Assembly (NCBI GenBank): GCA_030324005.1
Contig: JARDVH010000163.1
Location: 28,881,134 to 28,945,133 of the forward strand
Origin: Negaprion brevirostris
Taxonomy: Eukaryota
Direction: 5' to 3'
Length of the DNA stretch: 64,000 bases
The position numbers and the translations under genes are program-made. How positions within the stretch are numbered: the first letter of the stretch is position 1; every line of letters begins with the position of its first letter. Shown here in pieces: positions 37,491 through 50,899 of the stretch. The notes under the pieces were generated by a model, which ran no database searches, was not told the DNA's origin, and was given only the letters and a program-made list of their open reading frames with translations.

Positions 37491-37778
37491 TGGCACAGTG
37501 GTTAGCACTTCTGCTTCAGAGCACCGGGTCCGATTTCCGGCTTGGGTAATTGTGTGGAATTTGCATGTTCTCCCCCTGTATGTGTGGGTCTCTTCTGGGT
37601 GCTCTGGTTTCCTCCCATAGTCCAAAGATATGTGGTTTAGGTGCATTTTCCATGCTAAATTGCCCCTTAGTGTTCCAGTGTGCAGGTTAGAGGGATGATT
37701 ACAGGATAAGGCCTGAGTGGGATTGTTGTCAGTGCAGATTCAACAGGCCAAATGGCCTTCTTCTGCACTGTAGGGATT
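37491..37778 (+). mobile_element. HE1 SINE
   Basis: Head, V-domain and tail as in other copies. Confidence 0.9.
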
Positions 37779-38204
37779 TGAGGAAAAGAAAAATCCATCT
37801 CAACCTTCTTACCAGCCAAAGTGTGGTGTTCCAGATGGAAAAAGAAAGATAGCTGGTCTTTGTCTCTTTCCTATCACTGACATTCATTTATCCTCATTTG
37901 CAATCTCATTTTCTATATCAAAGTGGAAAATACCCTTCTTTCTGCCTGAACCGCACATGCTTTTTACTTAAAAATAATGAGGTGTGTCTGTAATCTGATG
38001 TTTATTCAGGTTGACTATAGAGCTGTTTCTTGTGAAGGAGCGTAAGGCAGTGAAATGAAGAGGAGACCGCAGAACAGTAAAAGGAGAACACTTATTTCTT
38101 GGTGCACAAGAAATGATGAAGAAAAAGTGAAGCGATTTCAAAAATACACCCCGCATTGCCATGGTTGAGTAAATCTCTTGCTTAGATTGTCAAATACTAT
38201 CCCT

Positions 38205-38218
38205 CCAGCAGATGGCAC
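38205..38218 (+). promoter_or_regulatory. Candidate CTCF binding site
   Basis: CCAGCAGATGGCAC fully matches the core consensus CCASYAGRKGGCRS, in non-repeat DNA. Confidence 0.4.
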
Positions 38219-38574
38219 TCCAGAGCTTCTGTGAACCTGTGTCCCGTCACATCCAGGCATTGCCAATGTGTTCAAAACTCCAGTCATAGTCTGATGCAAT
38301 TTATTTGGTTAGCAATNNNNNNNNNNTTATCGCTTAATATAAAATTTACTTTAAAATATGATTCCATCTTCATCATGCTTGCTGCACCAGGGGTCATGCC
38401 AAACTGAATTCAATCTAAATTGCACTGGTTCCAGCAACACAATGTTATCAGCTTTTCATCATTAGAAAGCATCGAGTAAATGTCAACGCGTTCATGCTAA
38501 TCAGCAATGTATAAAATATCGCATTGTCTGCCCTTTTAATTCAATACTACACTCAGCGGGGAAGAGCAACCAGT

Positions 38575-38747
38575 GAAGTGAAATCTGGAATTCCCTCCCT
38601 AACATATTGTGGGTCAACCCACAGCACATGGACTACAATGATTCAAGAAGGCAGCTGACCACCACCTTCTCAAGGGCAACTAGGGATGGGTAATAAATAC
38701 CGGCCTAGCCAGCAACACCCATGTCCCACAGATGAATTTAAAAAAAA
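38575..38747 (+). mobile_element. LINE family B 3' end
   Basis: 'caccaccttctcaagggcaactagggatgggtaataaa..ccagcaacacccatgtccca..aaaaaaa'. Confidence 0.85.
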
Positions 38748-39704
38748 GACAAATATCATGGCTGGGAGATTTTGAAAATTATTGTGTATGAATATTTAAT
38801 TTCTTAATAATATATAATTTAATATTCTAACACAATTAGGAGCAGGTGTGAGACACTTGGTCCCTCCAGCCTGCTCCACCGTTCAATAAAATCACGGCTG
38901 ATCTGATTGTAACTTCAACCCTACAGCCCTGCAGACCCCCGATAGCCTTCCACCCCCTTTTTATTCAACAATCTCTTGCCCTGCCTTACAGGATGTTTCT
39001 TCCAAACTGCCTATCTTGCTTTCCCTTCAAAAAAATCTTCATAGCGAATCAATCCACTGCAGTTCCTGTTCTCAAAAAAATGCCATATGACATTCCCTTT
39101 GTAGCTGTACAGAGCAGCCGGAGACAATCACAATGGTGAATGGGTTAACTGATATTTACATGATTGAGTATTTGTAACTCCTATTACTAGGTTGAGTAGT
39201 CACTAATAATCATTAGGCTACATCTGTAGTTTAACTTTCCATTTTATATACACATTGAAGATATTGCTTGAACAGTCCAGTAATTAGCATCATCTTGTAT
39301 ACATTTTTTTAAAGTTATTCATGGGACATGGGTATCACTGGCTGGCCAGCACTTATTGCCCATCCCTAGTTGCCTGAGGGCAGTTAAGAGGCAAACATAT
39401 CACTGAGTCTTTGATAGGATAATCTCCTATTGTGAAGAGCCACATCCACTATGCCATTTCATAGCTAATCAAATCAATCAACCAATTCTGAAACAATTCA
39501 AACATTTAAAAGAACAAAAAGAACAGAACAACACAGCACGGGAAACAGGCCCTTCGGCCCAACGAGCCCGCGCCGCCGTCCCATTGTCAGTGACCTATTN
39601 NNNNNNNNNNNNNNNNNNNNNNNNNNNNNNNNNNNNNNNNNNNNNNNNNNNNNNNNNNNNNNNNNNNNNNNNNNNNNNNNNNNNNNNNNNNNNNNNNNNT
39701 CCAG

Positions 39705-40700
39705 GGGCTGAATTAGATAGTTTATGAAATCAGCTGTTGGGATTGCGAGGCATGATTACCTCCCACTCTTTCAGAGTGATGCTAGCAGCACACAAAGCTT
39801 GTGCTGCCTGCCCACTTCCACGAAGGTGGCACAAAGCCCAGTACTGAGCCTGCTGCTGAGTGACCGCACAATTCAGCAGGGGGCCCCAAAGTTTCTGCAA
39901 GGCCAGCATCACTTCAAATTTGCAAGCACAACTTCGGGCTAGACTGCAACTCTGCTTTGGCATATTCTGGCCTTCAGGAAAGACCCAAAATAGCACAACA
40001 GGCAAGAGTGCAAAAAAACCCAGGTTTTTGGATGCTAGGCTGGATTCACTCGTGTCTTTGGCTTAGACCAAAGTTACTGCAGCTGCAGAAAACATTGCTC
40101 CAAGGAACAAGGAGGAGGAGGCAGTGTAATGGTATTGTCACTGGACTAGTGAGCTATAGACCCAGGGTAATGTTCTGGAGACCCAGGTTTGAATCCCACC
40201 ATGGTAGATGGAGAAATTTGAATTCAAGAAAAATCTGGAATTAAAAGTTGAGTGATGACCATGAAATCATTGTCTTTTAGGGAAGGAAATCTGTTGTCCT
40301 TACCTGGTCTGGCCTACATGTGACAACAGGTTCATAACAGTGTGGTTGACTCTTAATGTCCTCAGGGATGGGCAAATGTTGTCAATAAAAGTTGACCCAG
40401 CCAGTGGAGCCCACATCCCATGAGTGAATTAAACAAAGGAGATTGACTGAAGGCAGTAAGAGTAAGGGTCTGTGGTGGTCAGTGCCATCTGTCTGGTGCT
40501 GAGGATCTAGATGTAGTGCCACATGAAGATTGATGGCCTCACACAAGTGGTCAAATCAATCAGTGAATGCATCTTCAATGCTAAATCCTACCAGCTGCAG
40601 CACTAGCCGCATAGACTGTTCCATTTAACACACCGCCCTCACTCAAGTTTCGACAATCTGTATGAACCATGACTCAAACCTCACAACCATATGCATCCCC
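39705..40700 (+). mobile_element. Harbinger Myb-like remnant interrupted by SINE B (40113-40435)
   Basis: TIR-like ggggctgaatt; ..VSAICLVLRI*M*CHMKIDGLTQVVK then 'tcagtgaatgcatcttca' as in the 16.6 kb copy. Confidence 0.5.
40113..40435 (+). mobile_element. tRNA-derived SINE family B
   Basis: Head, body and tail as in 10842-11302. Confidence 0.88.
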
Positions 40701-41251
40701 TCATCTTCATANNNNNNNNNNNNNNNNNNNNNNNNNNNNNNNNNNNNNNNNNNNNNNNNNNNNNNNNNNNNNNNNNNNNNNNNNNNNNNNNNNNNNNNNN
40801 NNNNNNNNNNNNNNNNNNNNNNNNNNNNNNNNNNNNNNNNNNNNNNNNNNNNNNNNNNNNNNNNNNNNNNNNNNNNNNNNNNNNNNNNNNNNNNNNNNNN
40901 NNNCATTGTTGTACATGTTGGCTCCCATGGAAAGATGAACAAGAATTTGGTCACCACTGAGACAAGAGCCAGTGGTATTGCTACATTCCTGACTAAGAGG
41001 CTCTTGCAACTTCTCAAATCCTATGTCACCCTCATGCTGTAATGTGCATGCTGAAGATTGTATAACCATGCACTTCTCGCTTCTCCGATGATACTTTCAG
41101 GTACTCAAGAACCATCACCTGATCAGCTAGTGGTGCCACACACTGAACGCCTGGAGAGAAAGCAGACTGAGGGGAAATCTGACAGTCACTTAACAGTCAC
41201 TGGCACTGGGTATACTTTATGGGCACTATAGAGGCAAGCTGTACTGGTGAA

Positions 41252-41540
41252 CCCCCGTGACTTGCCTGGGTTTGCAAAACCTCACTTACTGTACTGTGTG
41301 GAGACAATCTCTTTAACCTGTGAGCAGTGCTCCTTCCACTCACATTGTTGGCCACCTGAACAGCAGGTTTGGTGTAAAGATTCGCATTCTAATCAGTAAT
41401 CTGTAAATTGTCTGTGCTTTATATGCTCTGTCTAAGGCCAGGACTCTCCATTCACCTGACGAAGGGACAGACCCCGAAAGCTTGAGTTTAGTATCAAATA
41501 AATCTGTTGGACTTAAACCTGGTGTTGTCAGACTTTTTTT
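41252..41540 (+). mobile_element. Penelope-like pseudo-LTR element with hammerhead motif
   Basis: CTGACGA..GAAAGCTT core; 3' 'aataaatctgttggacttaaacctggtgttgtcagac' shared with 52753 and 61720 elements; ctggtgaa on both flanks. Confidence 0.75.
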
Positions 41541-41991
41541 CTGGTGAAGAGGCACCAGACATGAGTATCTATAGCTGGGTGCAACTTATGCCAGAAGCCT
41601 GGAGAGTAGGTTTGCTCACGATTTCTGCTACACNNNNNNNNNNCACACGACTCTGATGTTGGGGCAACCTACAGCAAAAGGCTAAGACATGCATACAGAG
41701 ATATTTGGCACGTTAGCTGGCCTACTGGAAAGCTTGTCATTATCAAGCACATATGGGAGTCTGGCTCCAATTTGGCAAAGGGCTTCACAAGAGCTTGGAG
41801 ATCGTACTTTCCAACATGGGCGCAGTGGCCAACTTGCGGATCCAACTGTGTCTGATGGCCAATATTTCAGTAGACAGAAGCCAAACAAGTTNNNNNNNNN
41901 NNNNNNNNNNNNNNNNNNNNNNNNNNNNNNNNNNNNNNNNNNNNNNNNNNNNNNNNNNNNNNNNNNNNNNNNNNNNNNNNNNNNNNNNNNN

Positions 41992-42185
41992 GGAGATGAG
42001 GAGGAGGGGTGGGGGGCTGAAACAAGTTGGAAAGTGAGCTATGAGAGGTGTAAAAATGTAAATTAATGCAAACGGATGAACAAGATCAAAAGGAGAGATG
42101 AAATAAAATAAATGGGAATGGGGAGAAGGTGGAGGAGAGAGTTCATGGCCTGAAGTTGTTGAACTCAATGTTCAGTTCGTAAAGT
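41992..42185 (-). mobile_element. Penelope-like element, ORF end and pyrimidine-rich UTR
   Basis: LNIEFNNFRP* resembles the Penelope GIY-YIG C-terminus. Confidence 0.6.
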
Positions 42186-44167
42186 GTCCAGTTGTGTGTT
42201 GAGATTCAGGCTCTGCAGCTGTGGATACTCTTCATAGAGTCCACCAATCAGTACATTACTCCGATTGCTGGGATGCTGCTCTGGGGGTGTTGGGGGAGAG
42301 AGTGGCAGTGGCTCCATGGCCCCTCAGGATGAGAGCATTCATGTTCCCATCACTGCCACTCCACCAATGCTCTGTTGTCACTGCGCACCCACTCTGCCCA
42401 GTCACTGCCACCTATGCTGAGGTGATGCAGTCTAAAGCTGAACCCTCAAGGCCAGAGACACTCCAGGGTGTCCTGGAAGGCCAATCCACCATCTTCCAGT
42501 GAGTGTCAGCAGCCTTCCACCAATCTAATCCTGGTGGTGAAGGGTAGAAATGGAGACCAATCTTTCCACACTTGTAAGTTTTTATTTGCAGAGATACACA
42601 TTACACTTATGCACTTCCAAAGTCAGCAACCACACTTTCAACCTGCTCCTATAGTTGGAGCATTAGTGAATGCCCAGTTAAAGCTTACCATCTGAATGCA
42701 GTTAATCTCAATTAATATACAATTAACAGCCACTGTGGTAGGAGCACCAGGTCAGCGAAAGGCACCTGTAAAACAGGCACTAAAGGAAAGCACAAGTGTG
42801 ATTGTTGATTACTGTAAGGAGTATGGAATGTGTTGTTGAATAAAGTCGGTCGGGAATGATTATTTTGTGGTGACTTATTTCATGAGGACACAGTGTAGCT
42901 CATCCCAGCGAGATAAGGTCGGGAACAGCTGAACCATGGGAATATGTGGTTTCATTTAGGGAAGACAATGACACACTCATGGACAGCCTGTCCAGAACAT
43001 GGATGTGCCAGCTCTCCCCTCCCTTCCTTTGCCGCTTCCCCTTCTGCTGAAGTGGTCACCAGGCCATGGGGGCAAAGGCTCAGAGGATCATTTGGTGGAA
43101 AAATTCAGGACCACAATCACCTTCACAAACACTGGCAGTGCCTTCCTCACCCTACTCTGTGGTTGCAGGTCTTTTCCAAAAAGTGGCAGAGTTTTCTGAC
43201 CACCTCCTAGGTGAAGTGCAGCCTCTACAGATATGCTACTGACTCAGATGGAGATAGGAGACCCTATGTGGCAAAGTTGTCCTGTTGAGTTCTCTGCCCT
43301 CAGTTTGATTTTTTTGTTGTCTCTGCTCTGTTGCCCTCTGAAGCTGCAATCCAAGGGGAACTGAAACTATGTCATCCCATGACGGAGTGTGTGTATCTGG
43401 TACGCTTAGGATCTTTCAGAAGTACACAATGCCTACTCAATGTTCAGCACCACCTTCTTAAAGGCCTAACCACAACTCTTCCAACAATCTCATACTTCTA
43501 CAAACTCTGCAGGAGCAATTGGATAGTAAAAAGCAGCTAATTTTCAAGTTAGGTGGATCCCTTTATTGAGCATTGAAAGAGAGTTTATCCGACAACCGAC
43601 TCAGATTCAGCTGTGTACGTTTAAGAGAAGAAATTAAGTAGAGCAGTGAGGTCAAAATGGTAGGTTATGGGTCAAATCAGTTTTGGATGCTGTCTGGTGT
43701 TACAAACTACCTACTCTGAATAGTTCTGCTGGATCCACATATCACTGTCACCATTATCTTTAACAACATGGAATCGGCGCAAGTCAAGTTGGAAGCAGTC
43801 AGGAAAAGACTCTCCATTTTTCTCTCATGGCACCAAAACTATAATGTCAAAGTTCGCAGTCAGTATATTGGTTTTCCCACAGTTACAGATTTCCAAATTT
43901 ACAGCTGAGCAATGGGAGATGACACGAAGGTTACAAAAAGCCTTTACTTGGATGAAACTGGCAGCCGAGTCCAATCAAAGTGTCCCACTACTTGGAGAAT
44001 TTTGGGAACAGATATGGTCGTGGACACCACATATGGGGGAAGCTGGCTGGGGAAGATTGCTCAGTAGCATTATGTATCAAATAGATGATCCAAGATTGTA
44101 TATCAAAGTCTGACCTGTCTATTTGCCCCAGAGGCATTGCTTGTACATTCCAAATACTCATAAAACC

Positions 44168-45163
44168 TGTTACAATCCTTGGCCAGACTCCAGTTTGTTG
44201 GGGGAGAGATCTGTTTTGGGACCAATAATGTTTTGTTTAAAGTAAACACAGTTTGACATTCAGGACACTTACTAAGTGAATCAAGCCACAAGATTCCACA
44301 CATTTGGAGCAAACAAAAATAAACTTCACTATACAAATTCAGAATGATGATTAAATTTACAATATCTACCTTATAATCTAGCATTCAGGGTAAGTATGAT
44401 TAACTGTAGCAAAACACACCATACTACACAATAAATGGCAGGTGCAATCAAACCCAATTCCATAAGTTATTCAACAACCCACCCAGATATTTCTCATACT
44501 GTGAGCCAACCAATCTCACTGAAACTTTATCTCTTTCATGAGAGTTTCCAAACTCCACCTTGCAGGCCATACTTTGGAATTCTCTCCAAAAGCCGTTCCA
44601 AGTTGGACGGCTGCAACAACGACTCACGCCATGGGTTTCAAACTCACCTTCTGAAACTCCTTTCCCCTGTGGATTTCCAAATACACTCAAATGTCCTCTT
44701 ACAAGCATCATTTCGGATCTTCAGCCATGTCAACCCAAAGGGGTAACATTTCCCCAATGTCCTGCAGCACGGAGTCACCAACCTTCAGCTGCCTTCTTGG
44801 ATTGTCAGGGCTCCTCTGGTGCCTCTTCACTTAAAGCTTGCTCAATGCAGTTTTTTAATTTAACTTGGAACCAGTTTCCTTGATCCTTTCCTCTAACTTA
44901 ACCTAGTAGCACCTATTTCTGTCCCCTGTCTTACCTGTCACTTTCATTTGGAACCTCCCCTGACCCCCTCCTGTGTCCGGTTTCCTGGGACACTCACTCT
45001 GCAGCAGGTGAACTGGCCTCATTTCACACTATTCTTCTTTTTTCCTTCTGCGCAGGCACATAGGCCCAGTCCTCAGCTTGAATATCCCAACCAAAGGTTC
45101 AAGATTCATTGGGAATTTGAGTTCCTGCCTTTGAACTCAGCAAAATTGGTATAACTTTCATCA
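44168..45163. mobile_element. Possible solo LTR (~1 kb)
   Basis: Begins TGTTACA and ends in CA; no clear TSD. Confidence 0.3.
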
Positions 45164-45659
45164 GAAAACATACTTGAGCTAAATTTTCCCGTTCCGTTTG
45201 CCGGGGAAGCTGTAACAGGGGTGGATCAGGGAAAGGTCCGTTGACATCAGGAGGGATTTTTTGGTTTCAGGGCAAGCGTGACCAGAAAGTCCCGCCCACC
45301 TGAGTTTCATCGCAGCTCATATGACATCCAAACCCTAGCCCAACTTCATCCAAGCTTCAATACCTATACGATCGCATGGTTGTATACTGATACTCAAGAT
45401 GGGATGAAATGTGGGCATACAGCTGCCCATATGTATGCAATCTTACAACATTATTTTCCTGCTTGGATACCAAACATAAGACAAACAACGGCAGGTGCAT
45501 TGGTCTCCTTTTTGATCACGTACAGCTGGTCCTGGCTTTGATTCAGCTGGCTGCAGCAAAGGTGATGGTGGTGGTGACTTTGGCACTGTCATTATCATGC
45601 CTGTATCACTGTTGGTGACATGTGTTCCTGTAACTTTCTGGTGATCCACATGGAGCATT

Positions 45660-45903
45660 TGAGTTAAAAAGCATATATGTAATTAAAGGGAAGCTAGATA
45701 AATCCATGTAGAAGATAGGAATGGACAATTATGATGATATGATGAAGAGGGATGGGAGAGCCTTTGCATTGGTGCTTAAACAACAACATGGGACAGGTGT
45801 AGGCTTGGAGGGCTGAAGGGCCTGTTCCTGTGCTGTACTGTTCTTTGTTCTTTTTGGGACAGTTGGACCACATAGCCTGTTTCTGTGCTGTGCAGTCCAT
45901 GTA
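45660..45903 (+). mobile_element. Old CR1 3' end with a younger CR1 tail nested inside
   Basis: Two tails; tgggacag repeated at 45789-45796 and 45855-45862. Confidence 0.7.
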
Positions 45904-46900
45904 AAAGGTAAGCTTGAGCTTTGAAGGGAAAGAAAGATACACCTGATGGAAAAACAAGGAAATAATTCAAAGCATTCATTTAAAATATTTTGTGTGCATT
46001 TTGAGGCTTAAATAAGGTAAGCATGCTGGCACAAGTTTACAATTGGCCAGAATATTGCTAGCAGAAAAATATTGGGTGTGAACACAGGTAAAGACTACAT
46101 GACCCATTCACCAATTTCTTGCAGCCCTTTCATACCTGAGGAACCAGCATGGATGATCAGGAATTAACTGTGCTTGGAAAGCTTACTGTGGTGAATTTTC
46201 CAAAAGCATACTTACTTAAGTGCAAAGGATATATACTGTTGTACTGCTGCATTTGATCATCATATTGCTTCCCTTTGACTTGCTAATCCAAAATTGTCAC
46301 TGACAAAGTTTGTGACTATCTTCAGGAAAACTCCATCATTATAACTAATGTATTTCCACTTCCTTGAAATAGTCACAATGATAACTCAGATTTTGGCAAG
46401 AATAACTCATGAATCAAAAAGAAGTTCTGAAAGCACTTAACAATTCCTATGAGGTAATAATTATGATGTTTCAATGCATGGTCCTTATGGAAGATAATTA
46501 TTTCCTGCATCAAATATGCTATCCAATAAAGCCAACTGCACACTAAATCCTGAGTAGAACACTTCATTTAACCTCTGAGAATACTGTGTTCAACAATGGA
46601 TCTGAATTAGTTAACTTTATATGATTGTTAGTTTAGATGAATGTTTAACTTAGTTTTCTATTTCAATATTTTCATTTGATTGTCATGATTAGCGATCCAT
46701 TATCCAGCAAATTAGCATTGTGTGGTCCAGAATTGATTTATGATAGTTACATAAGTCTACCTCAGCCAAAGAATTTCAGGGCTTAATTTGCCACTGGGAA
46801 ACATTACAGCTGGATGGCTGTAAGCCTAAAACTCAGGTGAAAGAGAGTGGCCATAAACAACATGCCATTAGCAGTGAGATGGCCTCATTTACTCCTGCAT

Positions 46901-47075
46901 CAAAGCAAAATACTGCAGTGGCTGGGATCTAAAACACAAACAGAAAATGCTGGAGAAACTCAGCATGTCTGGCAGGATATGTGGAGAAGAAATAGAGTTA
47001 ATATTTTGTGTCTATATGACTCTTTGTCAGATCCTGCAAGACGTGCTGAGTTTTTCCAACATTGTTTTTTGTTGT
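46901..47075. mobile_element. Penelope-derived fold-back element with degenerate hammerhead
   Basis: Inverted arms 'aaacagaaaatgctggagaaactcagca'/'tgctgagtttttccaacattgtttttg'; minus strand ctgacaaagagtc..gacacaaaa. Confidence 0.6.
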
Positions 47076-48374
47076 GTTAGCCATACAGCCATCTTCAGCG
47101 GAAGAAAATATGCTTAAATCCTAATTGTCACATTGAGTTTGGTAAACTTTGAAATCTTGAATCTTTGTGATGTGTCTTTTCTGTTTACATAAACTATCCT
47201 GTTTTGGGCACCAAGAAAAGCATAAATAGAACCTTCGCATGCGGGGCCTTCCTCTCAAAACAAACCAGAGGAAGTACACAGAGTACACGGGTTTGTCGAG
47301 CAACGTTATGAGAAATTAAGAGGGATTTTCCACTTCATTCAAAACAAATGGTTGTTATGTGAAGGGTCGATGTTTTCTTCAGCTGTTTAACACCATTCAG
47401 CTCCTATTATGAAATGTCCAACAAGTTTTTTAACTTTAATTATGATTAAAAGGTCAGAATTTTACAGGCCCCTGTGACAGTGGGATTGAAAGCAGAGGAC
47501 TAATAAAATCATTGGGGTCCAAGTCAGGCCAGCTCACAATTTTGTATTCCCAAAAAACTTCAGCATTGACAACTTTATGCTGTGCTGATTGGTTCACCTT
47601 TCAATGCTCTGATTGGCCATTCAATCCAATGCTCCCATTGGCTAATCAGGGCTCCAAGGTTATGCTCAGTTTGAACATACTTCAGTATGCACAGTGGAAT
47701 AGAATTAAGAAGAGATTGCTCATTTTACTCAAAATAAATCAAACCATATCAGAAAAAGGCCCATTGAAGTGGTTATTNNNNNNNNNNNNNNNNNNNNNNN
47801 NNNNNNNNNNNNNNNNNNNNNNNNNNNNNNNNNNNNNNNNNNNNNNNNNNNNNNNNNNNNNNNNNNNNNNNNNNNNNNNNNNNNNNNNNNNNNNNNNNNN
47901 NNNNNNNNNNNNNNNNNNNNNNNNNNNNNNNNNNNNNNNNNNNNNNNNNNNNNNNNNNNNNNNNNNNNNNNNNNNNNNNNNNNNNNNTTGCCACACAGCC
48001 TACCTGATTCAGTGCACACTTTCAACCAGTAGCTACCATTTCCCACCACCATTCACCTACCACAGAGCTCTCACTTCCTTTGAGCCGCAGATGTTCAGTG
48101 CGACCTGTGTGCTTCTTGTAAAATCCCAAACTGCTGGGAAAATTACTGTCAACTGGTGACTAACAAGCTTGATTACTTGCCATTCAGTACAAGGCAGATC
48201 TGTCCAGCCCCCTGCATCTAAAAAAGTTGGTCAGTGGTGGGATAATGTCAGCTGCAAATTTTTATTCACAAAAAATCTTTGGTATTGGACAAATTTTCAT
48301 TGCCTTGATTGGTTTGCCTTTCAGAGCTGTGATTGGCCATTGCATCAGAATGATCTGATTGGCTAATTGATTGG

Positions 48375-48722
48375 GGGGGTGGCGGTGGCATCGTGGTATT
48401 GTCACTGGGCTAGTAATGCAGAGATCCAGGGTAATACTCTGGAGCACCAGGTTCAAATCCCACCACAGCAGATGGCAGAACTTGAATTCAATGAAAATCT
48501 GTAAATAAAAGTCTAATTATGACCAGGAAACAATTGTCATTAAAACTCATCTGATTCACTAATGTTCTTTCGGGAAGGGAATCTGCCATCCTCACCTGAT
48601 GTGGCCCACATGCAACTCCCATGCAGATGCCTCTGAAATGGCCTGACAAACCATTCAGTTCAACGGCAATTCGGACTGGACAAGTGCTGGCTTTACCAGC
48701 AATGCCCACATCCAATTAAAGA
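48375..48722 (+). mobile_element. tRNA-derived SINE family B
   Basis: A box tggcatcgtgg, B box ggttcaaatccc, shared body and tail. Confidence 0.88.
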
Positions 48723-49364
48723 GTAAAGAACTGGGTAAGCAGGAATTGCACTTTGAACCCACTTCTGTGCATATAGTGAAATGGTGTTAAAATAAAACAT
48801 TGTTTTACCAAACTATTTTGTGAAAAAAAACCTCCCTGAAAGGGAAGATCACTTTGAAAGTGACATCATCAGGGAAAATGGTGCTGTGGTAATTTCTGGA
48901 AATTACAAATGTTAATCGTTGGCACATGCTGTGGTGATTTATAGGAATGTGAGATTATGTGTGAGGTATTCACGCATTCTTTATTCAAGTTCCTCCATCT
49001 CTTTAAAGGAGATACACCCCATCTCTTTGAATATGACTGNNNNNNNNNNNNNNNNNNNNNAATTCAAAGACTTCACTGCAGTTAAAATTCCACAGGTACT
49101 CATCTTAGCTCAGTTCATTCTGTTCCCACACAATGCTTCATCACTTTTCTCTCCTCACCTTTTCCTCCCTCTCTCTCTCTTCTGCCTTAAGACCTCATCT
49201 GGATTATCTCCAGAAATTCTTATGAAGTATCCTCAAAGGCTCCATGACCTATTCTCAATAATTCCTAAGTAAGTCTCACTGTAATTCCCCAGAGGTTACC
49301 CACAGTAATTCCCAGCCCCACCATGTGCCAAAATGAACCAGTGTGATCTACAAAAAACACTCTG

Positions 49365-49440
49365 TTACACACAAACACTCACACAGTCTCTCTCTCTCCT
49401 TCTCACATATACACACACACACATACAAACACACACAAAC
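49365..49440. repeat. Imperfect (CA)n/(CT)n microsatellite
   Basis: Visible directly in the sequence. Confidence 0.8.
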
Positions 49441-50899
49441 AACCTCAGACTTTGATAAATTTTCCCAGCACACATCAAAAAATTAATCCCTGCAACTTCT
49501 AAAATTCAAGGATCCAGAATAAGTAATAATATCCTTTGTCCAAGCCAACGTGCAGCAGTAGGAGTCACATGAACCACCCCCCCCCCCCCTCCACTTCTCC
49601 CACCAAAATTGGAGGAACAGATACGATTGCCTTATGGGGCCACAAATTTCAGGCGGCCATCTTCTATCAAGCAAGCAGCAGCTCANNNNNNNNNNNNNNN
49701 NNNNNNNNNNNNNNNNNNNNNNNNNNNNNNTGTCTGGTTCCCCAATTATTTTCTTTCTGCTGGAACGTCTGAACTTTTGTACCAGCACCTACATGTGCCT
49801 ATGCCACAACTACTGGAAAAGTGAATTATCCAGCATTAGTCTTCCACCTGCCAATTCTCTGAAGGAATATAACTGTACACCATCTGGACCCTGGACTCGC
49901 ATGAAACAAATGATTCTTATTTTGTCTGTGGTCTTTGCCACGTACATCTATCTTTTCTATATCCCATCTTTAACATGCAACTGAAAAGAAGGCCACATCA
50001 CTATTCTCCTCTCACATTTGAGTGTGTGCAAATAAACTTTTTAGTTCATCATCCTATCTCAAGTTTGCTGTGGAGTTAATAATAGGAATTAGATCACACC
50101 AAAACTGAGGGGTTGGGAAAAATATTCAATCACTTATAAAGGAGGAAATCAGAATCAAAACACCTTTCTACTTATGAGAGAGGAGAAATCAGGAGTGTTT
50201 AAATTAAACCCCCTCCTGTCTGACACAAATGGAGCCTTGTAACTTTCTTATCTGTACACTGTTCTCATGAGCCACTGTGCAAAGGGCTATAAAAACATCA
50301 AATCATCTTCCTGAGGCAAACTTGTTCTCCTTTCATCAAATGGCTAACCATCACATTTTCCCCTTATCACTAACATGTCAAGGCCCTCTGTCAGCGCTAG
50401 TGCTCACTTTTATGTACCATCCATCTAATTGTATCCCGTATATTTGATCAGGGTCCATGGTACTGAATTAAACATACAAGCCACTAATAAGTGCATCATT
50501 ACACCTTTAACTCTCTTCATACAAATAACACTGCTAAATTAAGCAAAGAAATATCAACCAGTGAAACCCCAAGTGCTAATCCACGTATCTAAACACACTT
50601 CTGGGAGCTTCCAAGAGGATGATCAAGCTTCTCCTGGAGTTGATATGGAAACAGGTTGCTGCCTATCTTGCTCCAGTGCAAAGAGGGGGCTGTTCCTTGC
50701 TTCCTCTGAGTGCCTGAGTCTTACGGGGGCTGGGAATATTCAGGGCCANNNNNNNNNNNNNNNNNNNNNNNNNNNNNNNNNNNNNNNNNNNNNNNNNNNN
50801 NNNNNNNNNNNNNNNNNNNNNNNNNNNNNNNNNNNNNNNNNNNNNNNNAATATCAGATCTACCAATTGGTAAAAGATTTTGAATCTGGAGTTGCAAAAT

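Noticed and set aside
39774-39809. miR-15a-like tagcagcaca..tgtgctgcct hairpin
   Set aside because: Far too short for a pre-miRNA and located inside a Harbinger-like remnant
45480-45620. Minus-strand AKVTTTITFAAAS resembling Harbinger transposase KVT.ALNF.ASG
   Set aside because: Too short and degenerate to support
49740-50560. Possible very old Gypsy integrase debris
   Set aside because: No continuous motif could be read with confidence
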